A stretch of DNA of 64,000 nucleotides from Candidatus Kuenenia stuttgartensis (lineage in GTDB: Bacteria; Pseudomonadota; Alphaproteobacteria; SMXS01), in NCBI GenBank assembly GCA_943329845.2, contig CALQFM020000014.1, positions 1,509 to 65,508 on the forward strand, given 5' to 3'. The stretch's first letter is position 1; each line of letters begins with the position of its first letter. Shown piece after piece: positions 1 to 10,935 of the stretch. Made by a program: the position numbers and the translations under genes. The notes beneath the pieces are model-generated. The model had not been told where the DNA came from. It was given only the letters and a program-made list of their open reading frames with translations, and ran no database searches.

Positions 1-489
1 CTGCTGCGCAGCATTTTCCATCCCGGCTCGCAGCACCGGCACGGCTTCATCGGCCCGTCGTCCGATCCCGGCCGGCCGTCGAAGCCGGGCGAGCTTGGCG
101 ACTTCGTCGCCTATGCGCTAGGCGTGCTGGCGACGCACACGCGCACCCACCACCAGCTCGGCAACATCTTCATCGAGGTCGATGTGGGCGCGACGGTCGC
201 CTATACGGAAGCCTACTTCACCGCATACCACCGTATGCGGCCCAAGGGCGACCCGCTGGCGTCGGCGACGGCCTACGACACCGAAATGGATTACTGGGTC
301 GGTGGCCGCTACATGGACCGCATGGAAAAGCGCGACAATGTATGGAAGATCACCAACCGCACCGGCGTGACCGATTGGCAGCGTATCGAATCGCCTTCGT
401 CTCGGGGGTATAGTTCCGTTCCGCAGGAAATTCGCATGCAGCAGAACCGCGACGACTTCCTGTACCACCGCCGCGCGTTCTACGGCTGA
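1..489 (+). CDS. SnoaL-like / NTF2-family protein (5' truncated by window edge)
   Basis: Frame is open from base 1 (LLRSIFHPGSQHRHG...) into ORF 124..489. The HHQLGNI...GGRYMDRMEKRDNVWKI pattern is typical of SnoaL_4/NTF2-like proteins. Confidence 0.75.
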   Translation: MLRSIFHPGSQHRHGFIGPSSDPGRPSKPGELGDFVAYALGVLATHTRTHHQLGNIFIEVDVGATVAYTEAYFTAYHRMRPKGDPLASATAYDTEMDYWVGGRYMDRMEKRDNVWKITNRTGVTDWQRIESPSSRGYSSVPQEIRMQQNRDDFLYHRRAFYG

Positions 490-595
490 ACTACTTTCCG
501 AGTATAATTGGAAAACTTATAGTAAACTCAATGAGCTAGATGAAATCCGTCACGTTGTTATAGTGCCTGTCGAAGACGACAGGGGAGACACTATC

Positions 596-1954
596 GTGAC
601 GGAAATGCAGCCTGCGCCGGTCAAGGCCGCATACCCGAGCCCCGTCTATGCGTGGGCGGTGATGGCCATCCTCGTCGTCGGCTGCATCATCTCGTACCTG
701 AACCGGCAGGTGGTCGCCATCGTGCTGGGGCCGATGAAGGCCGATCTGGCGCTCAGCGACAGCGAGATCAGCCTGCTTTACGGCACCTTCGCCGTGTCCT
801 ATGCACTCGCCGCGGTGCCGCTGGGACGTATTGCCGACAGCTACAACCGCAAATGGCTGATCACCATCGGGATGGTGGTGTGGAGCATCATGAGCGTGAT
901 TTCGGGCGTCACCCGCCAGTTCACCCTGGTGTTCCTGGCACGCGTCGGCCTGGGCATGGGCGAAGCGGTACTGCCGCCCGCCACCAACTCCATCGCCGGC
1001 GACCTGTTTCCGCGCGAGAAGATTCCGCTGGCGCTCAGCGTGTTCCAGACCGGCGCGATCATGGGCACGGCAATCGCCTTCGTCCTTGGCGGCGCCGCGC
1101 TCGGCATCATGGAGCGGCTCTCCCATCATGACCTGCCGCTCGTCGGATCGTCGCTGAAACCATGGCAACTCACCTTCATCGTCGTCAGCCTGCCTGGCTT
1201 CGTGCTGGCGCTGATCATGGTGTTCGTGCGTGAACCGATCCGCCGCAATCTTGCGAGCGTCGGCACGCCGGAGAAGAAGGGCGTTCCCCTGCGGGAGATC
1301 TGGGCATTCTACAAGCGCAACCGGCAAACCCTGATCTTCCATCACATCGGGTTTCTCGCATTCTCGCTCGCCGGCTTCGCCTATGTGTTCTGGAGCATTC
1401 CATTCTTCACCCGCGTCCATCATATGGACGCGGCCACCGCCTCGCAGATCTATGGCTGGATCTTCGTGTTCTTCGGTCCGGCAGGCGTCGTCGGCGCGGG
1501 CGTCCTTGCCGGTCGCTTTGCCAGACGTGGCCGGCGCGACGCCAACATTCTTGCCGGCCTGATCGGCGGCGCGCTCACCATTCCGGCGGTGATCGTGATC
1601 CAGCTTGTGCCCGTCACCTGGGCCTTCGCGCTGAGCGCGCCGGCGCTGTTCTTCGTCAACTCGCCGTTCGGCCTTGCTTATGGTGCGCTGCCGGTGATCA
1701 CGCCGCCGGCGATGCGCGCACAGGTCGCAGCGGTCTATATGCTCGTTCTCTCGGGCGGCATGGCCTTCGGCCCGGTGATCGCCGGCCTGTTCAACGACCA
1801 TCTCTTCCCGGGCGACCAGGGTGTGCGCTATTCCATGATGACGCTCACCGCCATCTGCGGCGTCATCGGCATTACGTGCCTGATGCTGTGCCGCAAGCAC
1901 TACGCCCGCAGCCTCGATGAGGCCGACGCGCTGGAAGCGTCCGCCATCCCGTGA
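596..1954 (+). CDS. MFS transporter (paralog 1)
   Basis: About 12 hydrophobic segments and MFS motif A GRIADSYNRK. GTG at 596 follows the RBS GACAGGGGAG. Confidence 0.9.
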   Translation: MTEMQPAPVKAAYPSPVYAWAVMAILVVGCIISYLNRQVVAIVLGPMKADLALSDSEISLLYGTFAVSYALAAVPLGRIADSYNRKWLITIGMVVWSIMSVISGVTRQFTLVFLARVGLGMGEAVLPPATNSIAGDLFPREKIPLALSVFQTGAIMGTAIAFVLGGAALGIMERLSHHDLPLVGSSLKPWQLTFIVVSLPGFVLALIMVFVREPIRRNLASVGTPEKKGVPLREIWAFYKRNRQTLIFHHIGFLAFSLAGFAYVFWSIPFFTRVHHMDAATASQIYGWIFVFFGPAGVVGAGVLAGRFARRGRRDANILAGLIGGALTIPAVIVIQLVPVTWAFALSAPALFFVNSPFGLAYGALPVITPPAMRAQVAAVYMLVLSGGMAFGPVIAGLFNDHLFPGDQGVRYSMMTLTAICGVIGITCLMLCRKHYARSLDEADALEASAIP

Positions 1955-2079
1955 TTTCCCGGATGGCGATCCGCCAACGCTTGTTAATGAAGAAGAAAAC
2001 TTTCAGAGATATTTCGTCCTCGCCCCGTTGATACAAATTGATATAGTCCCTGCCGGAATTGACAGGGGAGTGGAACGCC

Positions 2080-3438
<1,359 letters not shown>

Positions 3439-3499
3439 TGCCGGTTTGCCCGCCCGGGCCGCCCATGCATAATGGGCGGACGGAATGGGGAGACCGATC

Positions 3500-4729
3500 A
3501 TGTCCACGGCGAAGCGCGACAAGCCGCTCGACGACTACAGCCTGCTCGACCCGAAGGTGCATGCGTGCCCCTACGAGTTCTTCCAGCGGCTGCGCAGCGA
3601 ATGCCCGGTCTACCGCATGCCGGAGACCGGCACCTACCTGGTTACGCGCTACGACGACATCCGCGCCATCAAGCGGAACTACCAGGACTTCACCTCCAAC
3701 ATCACCTTGCAGGAGCGCGGCCGGCGCGAGGTCCACAAGGAGCACGACCGCATCCTGCAGACCTATGGCTGGGACAACGTCCAGACCCTGCAGCGCACCG
3801 ATCCGCCGGCCCATGCCCGCTGGCGCACCCTGATCGACCGCACCTTCACCGCCAGCCGGGTGCGCGAGATGACGCCGTACATCGACGCCATGGTGGCCGA
3901 GCTGATCGATTCATGGATCGACGACGGCGAATGCGAGTTCGTCACCCAGTTCGCCATCCCGCTGCCGTGCAAGGTGATCGCCGACCAGCTGGGTGTCGAC
4001 CGCGACAATTTCTGGAAGCTCAAGGCCTGGTCCGACGCCATGCTGGAGCCGGGAAGCCCCACCTGCCCGGACGAGCGCGTGATCGAGTGCGCCCACCTGG
4101 TGGTCGAATCCCAGCACTATTTCTACAAGGTGTTCGAGGATCGCCGCCGCGAGCCCAAGGGCGACATCATGTCGGCGCTGGTGCACACCGACATGGGCGG
4201 CGAGGCGCCGCTCACCATGCACGAGCTGCAGAACCTGATGAACCAGCTGCTGACCGGCGGCAACGAGACCACGACCAGCGCCATCTCGCACGCGCTGTGG
4301 AACCTGCTGAAGTTCCCGGAGCAGATGCAGCGGCTGCGCGCCGACCGGTCGCTGCTGAAGAACTTCGTCGAGGAGACGCTGCGCTTCGAGACGCCGGTGC
4401 TGGGCCTCGCTCGCAAGACCACGCGCGACGTCGAAGTGTCTGGAACGACCATCCCGAAGGATGCGCTGGTGGTGCTGACCTATGCCGCCGCCAACCGGGA
4501 CGAAGACAAGTTCGACGACGGCGAGACCTTCGACGTGAGCCGCAAGAATGCCGGCGCCCAGATCGCCTTCGGCATGGGCGCCCATTTCTGCCCGGGCGCC
4601 ATGCTGGCGCGGCAGGAGATCCTCAGCACCTTCGAGGCGCTGCTCGACCGGCTGGACGACATCAGCTTCGCCCGTCCGCTGCCCGAGGAAACCCACCAGC
4701 GGAGCGTCTTCCTGCACCAGATGAAGTAA
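3500..4729 (+). CDS. Cytochrome P450 (1); ends at TAA 4727-4729, apparently 8 codons short of the ancestral stop at 4754-4756
   Basis: I-helix GGNETT, ExxR EETLR, heme motif FGMGAHFCPG. After the TAA the frame continues LPIRFRKR*, matching the end of P450 (2). Confidence 0.92.
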   Translation: MSTAKRDKPLDDYSLLDPKVHACPYEFFQRLRSECPVYRMPETGTYLVTRYDDIRAIKRNYQDFTSNITLQERGRREVHKEHDRILQTYGWDNVQTLQRTDPPAHARWRTLIDRTFTASRVREMTPYIDAMVAELIDSWIDDGECEFVTQFAIPLPCKVIADQLGVDRDNFWKLKAWSDAMLEPGSPTCPDERVIECAHLVVESQHYFYKVFEDRRREPKGDIMSALVHTDMGGEAPLTMHELQNLMNQLLTGGNETTTSAISHALWNLLKFPEQMQRLRADRSLLKNFVEETLRFETPVLGLARKTTRDVEVSGTTIPKDALVVLTYAAANRDEDKFDDGETFDVSRKNAGAQIAFGMGAHFCPGAMLARQEILSTFEALLDRLDDISFARPLPEETHQRSVFLHQMK

Positions 4730-4825
4730 CTGCCGATCCGCTTCAGGAAACGCTGAGGCTTGCGGCACCTGCTGCCGGGTGTAAATATCAGCCCGGAGAA
4801 TTCAGCGCATGAACGGGGACAGACC

Positions 4826-6100
4826 ATGAGCACGCTTGCCGAAAAGCCGACTGGAACGGCGCTGCCGATCGAGGGCTTCAACCCGCTCGACCGCAAGGTG
4901 CAGGGTTGCCCCTATCCCTATTACCAGACCATGCGCGCCCAGTGTCCGGTCTATCCCAGCCCGCAGACCGGCATGTACTACGTCACCAAATACGACGACA
5001 TCCGCTTCATCAAGAAGCGGCCCGACCTGTTCACGTCGGACATGACGCACAGTTCGCGCTCAGGCCGCCGCGACGTGTTCGAGCGTCACGAGAACGTTCT
5101 CAGCACTTATGGCTGGGCTCATGTCCAGGTGCTGCAGCGGACCGATCCGCCCGCCCACAACCGCTGGCGGCAATATATCGACCGCACCTTCACGGCCAGC
5201 CGCGTCAACGAGATGAAGCCCTATGTGGACCAGATGGTGCACGAGCTGGTCGACGCCTTCATCGGCCAGGGCGAATGCGAGTTCGTCGCCGACTTCTGCG
5301 TGCCGCTTCCCTGCAAGGTGATCGCCGACCAGCTCGGCCTGCCGAATGACCAGTACCTGCGGCTGAAATCCTGGTCCGACGCCATGCTGATGCCCGGCGG
5401 CCTGATGGCCACCGACGAAGAGATCGACCGCTGCGCCTGGATCGAGCTCGATGCCCAGCATTTCTTCTACAAGGTGTTCGAGGACAGGCGGAAAAATCCC
5501 CAGAACGACATCATGTCGGTGCTGGTCAACACCCGCTTCGAGGGCGAGGAGCCCATGTCCATGCACGAGCTGCAGAACATGATGCACCAGCTCATCACCG
5601 GTGGGAACGAGACCACCACCAGCGCGCTGGCCCATGGCCTGTGGAACCTGCTGAAGAACCCTTCCGAGATGGCCAAGCTGCGCGCCGACCGGTCGCTGAT
5701 CAGGAATTTCGTCGAGGAGACGCTGCGCTACGAAACGCCGGTGCTCGGCCTGTTCCGCCAGGCGACGCAGGACGTCGAGCTGAGCGGCACCACGATCCCC
5801 GCCGGCACCATCGTCTTCATGGCCTATGGCTCGGCCAACCGGGACGAGGAAAAATTCGACGACGGCGAGACCTTCGACGTCAGCCGCAAGAATGCCGGCG
5901 CCCAGATCGCCTTCGGCATGGGCACCCATTTCTGCCCCGGCGCCATGCTGGCGCGGCGCGAGATGCAGTCGGCGTTCGAGATCCTGCTCGACCGGGTCGA
6001 TGACATTCAGCTGGCCTGCCCGCTCGACGAGTTCACCCACGAGCCGAGCATCTTCCTGCATCAGCTCAAGGAACTGCCGATCCGGTTCAAGGCGCGGTAG
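4826..6100 (+). CDS. Cytochrome P450 (2)
   Basis: GGNETT, EETLR and FGMGTHFCPG motifs. ATG 4826 follows an ACGGGGAC RBS-like tract. Confidence 0.95.
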   Translation: MSTLAEKPTGTALPIEGFNPLDRKVQGCPYPYYQTMRAQCPVYPSPQTGMYYVTKYDDIRFIKKRPDLFTSDMTHSSRSGRRDVFERHENVLSTYGWAHVQVLQRTDPPAHNRWRQYIDRTFTASRVNEMKPYVDQMVHELVDAFIGQGECEFVADFCVPLPCKVIADQLGLPNDQYLRLKSWSDAMLMPGGLMATDEEIDRCAWIELDAQHFFYKVFEDRRKNPQNDIMSVLVNTRFEGEEPMSMHELQNMMHQLITGGNETTTSALAHGLWNLLKNPSEMAKLRADRSLIRNFVEETLRYETPVLGLFRQATQDVELSGTTIPAGTIVFMAYGSANRDEEKFDDGETFDVSRKNAGAQIAFGMGTHFCPGAMLARREMQSAFEILLDRVDDIQLACPLDEFTHEPSIFLHQLKELPIRFKAR

Positions 6101-6838
6101 TCAGCCCTTCGCCGCCCGTTTCGCCTTCTTGCGCTCTAGCAGCTGTTCGCGCGTCTGGCCGTAGAGCAGGTTCTTGGCTTCCTCGGAAATCTTGCCCGGC
6201 GTGGCGGCGATCTCGCGACCCAGCGCATAGGCGCGCTTGACCGCCGGGCGCTCGCCCATGGCCTCGAACCAGCGCTTCAGGTGCGGCGTGTCGTTCAGGT
6301 CCTGGCCCTGCAACTCATGCAGCGTGATCCAGCCCCAGCACGCCATGTCGGCGATGGAGTATTCGTCGTTGGCGATCCACTCGCGGTCCTCGAGCTGGTC
6401 GTCGAGCAGCCCCCACAGCCGCGCCACCTCGTTGGTGTAGCGGTTGATGGCGTATGGCAGCTTTTCCGGCGCGTAGGCGCGGAAATGGTTGGCCTGCCCG
6501 CCCATGGGGCCCAGGCCGCCCATCTGCCACATCACCCATTCCAGCACCTTGGCCCGCCTGAACGGATCCCTCGGCAGGTACTGGCCGGTCTTCTCGGCCA
6601 GGTGGATCAGGATGGCCCCGGATTCGAAGATCGACAGTGGCGTGCCGTCCGGTGCCTTCACCTCATGGTCGACGATGGCCGGCACCCGGTTGTTGGGGCT
6701 GACCCTCAGGAAGTCCGGCTCGAACTGCTGGCCGACCATGATGTTGACCGGGATGATGTTGTACGGAAGCCCGGTCTCTTCCAGGAAGATGCTGACCTTC
6801 CAGGTATTCGGCGTCGGGAAGTAATAGAGATCGATCAT
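6101..6838 (-). CDS. Glutathione S-transferase, YfcG/YghU (Nu-class)-like
   Basis: MIDLYYFPTPN N-terminus (TPN motif), SPNNRVPAIVD and IFESGAIL. The longer ORF to 7039 is read-through into the next gene. Confidence 0.9.
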   Translation of the reverse strand: MIDLYYFPTPNTWKVSIFLEETGLPYNIIPVNIMVGQQFEPDFLRVSPNNRVPAIVDHEVKAPDGTPLSIFESGAILIHLAEKTGQYLPRDPFRRAKVLEWVMWQMGGLGPMGGQANHFRAYAPEKLPYAINRYTNEVARLWGLLDDQLEDREWIANDEYSIADMACWGWITLHELQGQDLNDTPHLKRWFEAMGERPAVKRAYALGREIAATPGKISEEAKNLLYGQTREQLLERKKAKRAAKG

Positions 6839-6849
6839 TGGTCCGGTCC

Positions 6850-7503
6850 TCAGGAGATCAGGATGTAGTAGGCGGATGCCACCACCATGTAGCACAGCGC
6901 CAGCAGGGTCGCCTGGATGCCGGCGATGCGGCCGAAGCTTGCCATGGCGTGCCTCGTGTAGCCCCACGCGTGCAGGTAGCGGGCGACGGTGAACACGGCG
7001 CCGCCGAAATGCACCATCAGTGCCGGCGCGCCCGACCATTCCAGCGCGATCAGCAGCGCCAGGCCCGTCGGCACATATTCGGTGTAATTGGCGTGGACCC
7101 GGGCGATGCGGTCGGCGGTCGGGTCCTCGTTGCCGAAGTTCTCCACCGTCGAGCGCACCCGGTGATAGAGCACGTTGTAGGTCAGGATCACCAGCAGCAG
7201 GCCCAGCGCCGCCGTGTAGTACAGCGTCACCGGCACCTGCGCGAGGCCGCGGCCTACGGGGATGCCCGGACCAAGGCCGATGGCAATGATCACCAGGCTG
7301 ATGCCCACGGCGAAGCAGGCCCAGGCGCCCTTCATGAAGCCGCCGAAGATCGGGATCAGCGCCGGCGGCGGCTTGTGGGCCTGCGCCTCGGGATCCTTCA
7401 CATAGGGCAGGATACGGCGATAGGCATAGGTGAGGCCGACTCCCACCATGATGAAGGCGAGCCCGACGGCAGTGCCGAACACGCTCAGATTGACGCCATG
7501 CAT
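6850..7503 (-). CDS. MAPEG-family membrane protein with N-terminal two-TM extension
   Basis: RIARVHANYTEYVP...ARYLHAWG MAPEG signature in the C-terminal half, preceded by about 87 extra residues with two hydrophobic segments. Confidence 0.8.
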   Translation of the reverse strand: MHGVNLSVFGTAVGLAFIMVGVGLTYAYRRILPYVKDPEAQAHKPPPALIPIFGGFMKGAWACFAVGISLVIIAIGLGPGIPVGRGLAQVPVTLYYTAALGLLLVILTYNVLYHRVRSTVENFGNEDPTADRIARVHANYTEYVPTGLALLIALEWSGAPALMVHFGGAVFTVARYLHAWGYTRHAMASFGRIAGIQATLLALCYMVVASAYYILIS

Positions 7504-7719
7504 CTGCTTCCCCTGTGCCGTTTCCCCGGCACTATAATGCATGGCGGCGCCGGGCCTGCAATCGGCATCGCCCGCCGGGCCGCGCCGCGATTTAGGGCGC
7601 GGGCAGGGTTGAGCAGCCTTGCAGGCGAGGCGCCAACGGCACTAAGTTGCACGCCACAAATCCGGCGGCGGACTCAGCGCGTACAGCGCCTGTCCGTTCC
7701 GAACCTCCAGGGGAGAGCC

Positions 7720-8871
7720 ATGACCACAGCCCTCACATATCCACCCCGCACGCTCGGGCCGGAGCAGGAAGCCATGCGCGCCGAAGTGCGCGCGTTCCTG
7801 CAGAAGGATTATGCCGCCGGCGGCTTCGGTCGCGGCCAGGAGGCCATGGCCCGCTACGACGTGGACTTCTCGCGCCGCTGGGGACAGGCCGGCTTCATCG
7901 GCATCACCTGGCCGAAGCAGTATGGCGGCCGCGGCTTGACGTTCCTCGACCGCTACGTGGTCACCGAGGAGGCGCTGGCCGCCGGCGCGCCCGTCGGCGC
8001 CCATTGGGTCGCCGACCGCCAGAGCGGCCCGCTGCTGCTGAAATACGGCACCGAGGAGCAGCGCCAGCGCTTCCTGCCCAAGATCATCGCCGGTGAGGCG
8101 TTCTTCTGCATCGGCATGTCGGAGCCGGACAGCGGCTCGGACCTGGCCTCGGTGCGGATGAGCGCCACCCGGGTCGACGGCGGCTGGAAGCTCAACGGCA
8201 CCAAGCTGTGGACCTCGCTGGCCCATATCTGCCACTACATGATCGCCCTGGTGCGCACTTCGCCGGTCAACCCGGAGAACCGCCACGAGGGCATGAGCCA
8301 GATGATCGTCGACTTGAAGGCCCCCGGCGTCGAGGTCCGCCCGGTCTACAACCTGGCCGGCGAGCATCACTTCAACCAGGAAGTCTTCACCGACTATTTC
8401 GTCCCGGACGAGAACGTGGTGGGCGAGATCGGCGCCGGCTGGGAACAGGTGATGAGCGAGTTGGCCTATGAGCGCAGCGGTCCCGAGCGCATCCTGTCGA
8501 CCTTCCAGACGCTGGTCGAGCTGGTCCGCCAGGTCGGCGACGATCCGTCCGAAGTCGAGGCCCGCGCCATCGGCCGCCTGACCGCGCACCTGATGACCCT
8601 GCGCGGCATGTCGGTGTCGGTCGCCGGCATGCTGGCCGACGGCAAGATGCCGGTCACCGAAGCGGCGCTGGTCAAGGACGTCGGCACCAATTACTGCAAG
8701 GAAGTGCCCGAGGTGGCGCGCCTGATCTGCCCGCCCGAGGACGGCGCCGGCAATTCCAAATATGAGAAGATGCTGAAGACGGCGACCCTGATCGCGCCGT
8801 CGCTCACCATCCAGGGCGGCACGCGCGAGATATTGCGCGGCATGATCGCAAGGGGGCTCGGTCTACGATGA
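7720..8871 (+). CDS. Acyl-CoA dehydrogenase, alpha-type subunit
   Basis: FCIGMSEPDSGSDLAS, LNGTKLWTS and LAYERSG motifs. ATG 7720 follows GGGAGAG. Confidence 0.92.
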   Translation: MTTALTYPPRTLGPEQEAMRAEVRAFLQKDYAAGGFGRGQEAMARYDVDFSRRWGQAGFIGITWPKQYGGRGLTFLDRYVVTEEALAAGAPVGAHWVADRQSGPLLLKYGTEEQRQRFLPKIIAGEAFFCIGMSEPDSGSDLASVRMSATRVDGGWKLNGTKLWTSLAHICHYMIALVRTSPVNPENRHEGMSQMIVDLKAPGVEVRPVYNLAGEHHFNQEVFTDYFVPDENVVGEIGAGWEQVMSELAYERSGPERILSTFQTLVELVRQVGDDPSEVEARAIGRLTAHLMTLRGMSVSVAGMLADGKMPVTEAALVKDVGTNYCKEVPEVARLICPPEDGAGNSKYEKMLKTATLIAPSLTIQGGTREILRGMIARGLGLR

Positions 8872-9890
8872 ACGAAATGCGCACGCTTATCCTCGACACC
8901 GCGGAACGCATCTTCCGCGACATCTGCGACCAGGCCCTGGTCGACAAGGCAGAGAAGGGCGAATGGCCCGCCGGCCTGTGGCAGACGCTGGAGGAGTCGG
9001 GCCTGACCCAGGCGTCCGTTCCCGAGGAACGCGGCGGTGCCGGCGGCACCATCGGCGACGGCCTGTATTTCCTGAAGACGTCAAGCCGCTACGTGGCGCC
9101 GCTGCCGCTGGCCGAGACGCTCATCGCGGGCGTGCTGCTGGCCGAGGCCGGCGCCGACGTGCCGGCCGGCCCGCTCACCATCGCGCCGGTCCGCAAGGGC
9201 GAGGTCATCGAGTTCAGCGACGGCAAGCTGTCGGGCACCGCCTCGCGGGTGCCGTTCGCGCACGGCGCCTCGGCCATCATCGTGGCGACGTCCGCCGGGC
9301 TGGCGATCGTCGATCCGGAGAGCGTGAAGATCGACCGGGACAAGAGCATGGCCGGCGAGCCGCGCGACACCGTCATCTTCGACGGGGCCTCCGCGACCAT
9401 CGTCGGCAGTGTCTCGCCCGATCGGATATGGGAGCTCGGCGCCCTGGTCCGCTCGGTGCAGATGGCGGGCGCGCTCGAGGGCATTCTCGCCATGTCGGTA
9501 CAGTATGTGCAGGACCGCAAGCAGTTCGGCCGCACCCTGTCCAAGTTCCAGGCCGTGCAGCAGTCGCTCGCCGCCATGGCCGGGCAGGTGGCGGCGGCCT
9601 CGTCGGCGGCGGACACCGCGATCGAGGCGACCGAAGCAGGCGACACTGGCGTGGCCATCGCGGTCGCCAAGGCTCGTGTCGGCGAGGCGGCGGGCATCGC
9701 CGCGGAACTGGCCCACCAGGCCCACGGCGCCATCGGCTTCACCCACGAATACGCCCTGCACCAGTTCACCCGGCGGCTGTGGGCGTGGCGCGACGAGTTC
9801 GGCGGCGAGCCCTACTGGCAGGCCGAGATCGGCCGCCAGGTCGCCAGGGCCGGCGCCGACAATCTGTGGAAGTTCGCCTCGCGGACGTGA
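8868..9890 (+). CDS. Acyl-CoA dehydrogenase, short beta-type partner subunit
   Basis: ATGA overlap with the previous gene. DRKQFGRTLSKFQAVQ and HQAHGAIGFTHEY are present, but the SEP..GSD motif is missing. Confidence 0.88.
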   Translation: MNEMRTLILDTAERIFRDICDQALVDKAEKGEWPAGLWQTLEESGLTQASVPEERGGAGGTIGDGLYFLKTSSRYVAPLPLAETLIAGVLLAEAGADVPAGPLTIAPVRKGEVIEFSDGKLSGTASRVPFAHGASAIIVATSAGLAIVDPESVKIDRDKSMAGEPRDTVIFDGASATIVGSVSPDRIWELGALVRSVQMAGALEGILAMSVQYVQDRKQFGRTLSKFQAVQQSLAAMAGQVAAASSAADTAIEATEAGDTGVAIAVAKARVGEAAGIAAELAHQAHGAIGFTHEYALHQFTRRLWAWRDEFGGEPYWQAEIGRQVARAGADNLWKFASRT

Positions 9891-9912
9891 GGGCCCCTTA
9901 GGCTCCGCCTTT

Positions 9913-10048
9913 ATTGTCACCCCGGACTTGTTCCGGGGTCTGTCGGCCCGCTTGAAGATTGCTTCGCGCTCTGTCCGAACACCTGTGCGCGTCCCGCATG
10001 GCGCTCCTCGCCTCGACACAGACCCCGGAACAAGTCCGGGGTGACAAT
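9913..10048. repeat. REPIN-like element: perfect 31-bp inverted repeats, each arm itself a hairpin
   Basis: ATTGTCACCCCGGACTTGTTCCGGGGTCTGT (9913-9943) and its exact reverse complement (10018-10048). Each arm has an internal CCCCGGA/TCCGGGG palindrome next to GTCA. Confidence 0.9.
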
Positions 10049-10069
10049 CAGGGTGAGGCGGGGGTCGGG

Positions 10070-10837
10070 CTAAAAAATCGGCCCGATGATGCCCAGCTGC
10101 GCGGCCTTCGCCACCGCCTGCGTGCGCGTCACGGCGTTCAGCTTCTGGGCGGCGTTTTCGATGTGGAAGCGCGCGGTGGACGGCGAGAACGCCAGGATGA
10201 CCGCGATCTCCTGATCGGTCTTGCCGCGCGCGGCCCAGGTCAGGCATTCGATCTCGCGGCTGGTCAGGTAGATGAAGCCGGTCTCGGGAGCCTCGATGCC
10301 GCGCGCGGTGTCGGCGATCTGCATGAACTGAAGGGCAGCGAGCAGCAGCGCGCGACGGTGCTCGCGCCAGATCGGCTCGATGTCCAGCGCCGGATCCCGG
10401 CTCAGCCACGAGACAGACCCGACCCTTCCGCGCGAGAGATGCGTCGGCACGATGATGGCGCCGTGGATGCCCTGGCTGACCTGCCACTCGAGCACCTTGC
10501 GCTGGATCGGCTCCAGCGCCTGCTCCTGCGGAAACGGATGGTTGGCCTGCCAGAAGAACGGCAGGTGCTGGAAGCGGCAGGCATGCGTCGTCGGGCTGAT
10601 CAGGGTGTAGTTCTGGTCGACCCATTCGTCGATCGCCGCCTTGCTCCAGCCGAACAGTTCGGCCAGCCGGTTGCCGTCCTCGTCGGTCAGCGGCACCGTG
10701 GTCGAGATGTCGTCGAGCGCGGCGACCAGCGGAATGCCGATCAGCTCGCCGATCCGCCGCAAAAAGCCGACGCCGTCGGCAAGCCGGGTCGCGCGCTCCA
10801 GCGCGTCGAGACATGCATTGACGTCGTTCGAGCCCAC
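10070..10837 (-). CDS. LuxR-family regulator (autoinducer-binding-type domain + HTH), LuxR solo
   Basis: C-terminal [22 protein letters not shown]...[17 protein letters not shown]. The N-domain aligns to the LasR pocket region. Start GTG 10837 is inferred. No luxI in the window. Confidence 0.88.
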   Translation of the reverse strand: MGSNDVNACLDALERATRLADGVGFLRRIGELIGIPLVAALDDISTTVPLTDEDGNRLAELFGWSKAAIDEWVDQNYTLISPTTHACRFQHLPFFWQANHPFPQEQALEPIQRKVLEWQVSQGIHGAIIVPTHLSRGRVGSVSWLSRDPALDIEPIWREHRRALLLAALQFMQIADTARGIEAPETGFIYLTSREIECLTWAARGKTDQEIAVILAFSPSTARFHIENAAQKLNAVTRTQAVAKAAQLGIIGPIF

Positions 10838-10855
10838 CCTCGCTGCGCTCCCACA

Positions 10856-10903
10856 CCCTGTCGATTCCGAGAGGTAGACGTTACAGGGCCGTGCGCCCAA
10901 ACT
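10856..10903 (+). promoter_or_regulatory. Putative lux-box-like site abutting a sigma70-type promoter for P450 (3)
   Basis: CCCTGTCGATTCCGAGAGGT fits NNCT-N12-AGNN. It is followed by TAGACG (10875-10880), 17 bp, then CAAACT (10898-10903). Confidence 0.45.
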
Positions 10904-10935
10904 CCATGTCATCGGGAACACGGGGAAGTGTCTCA

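Noticed and set aside
6838-7719. 294-codon N-terminal extension of the ACAD ORF (6838..8871)
   Set aside because: It overlaps the MAPEG gene antisense. A good RBS and ATG at 7720 give a normal-length ACAD.
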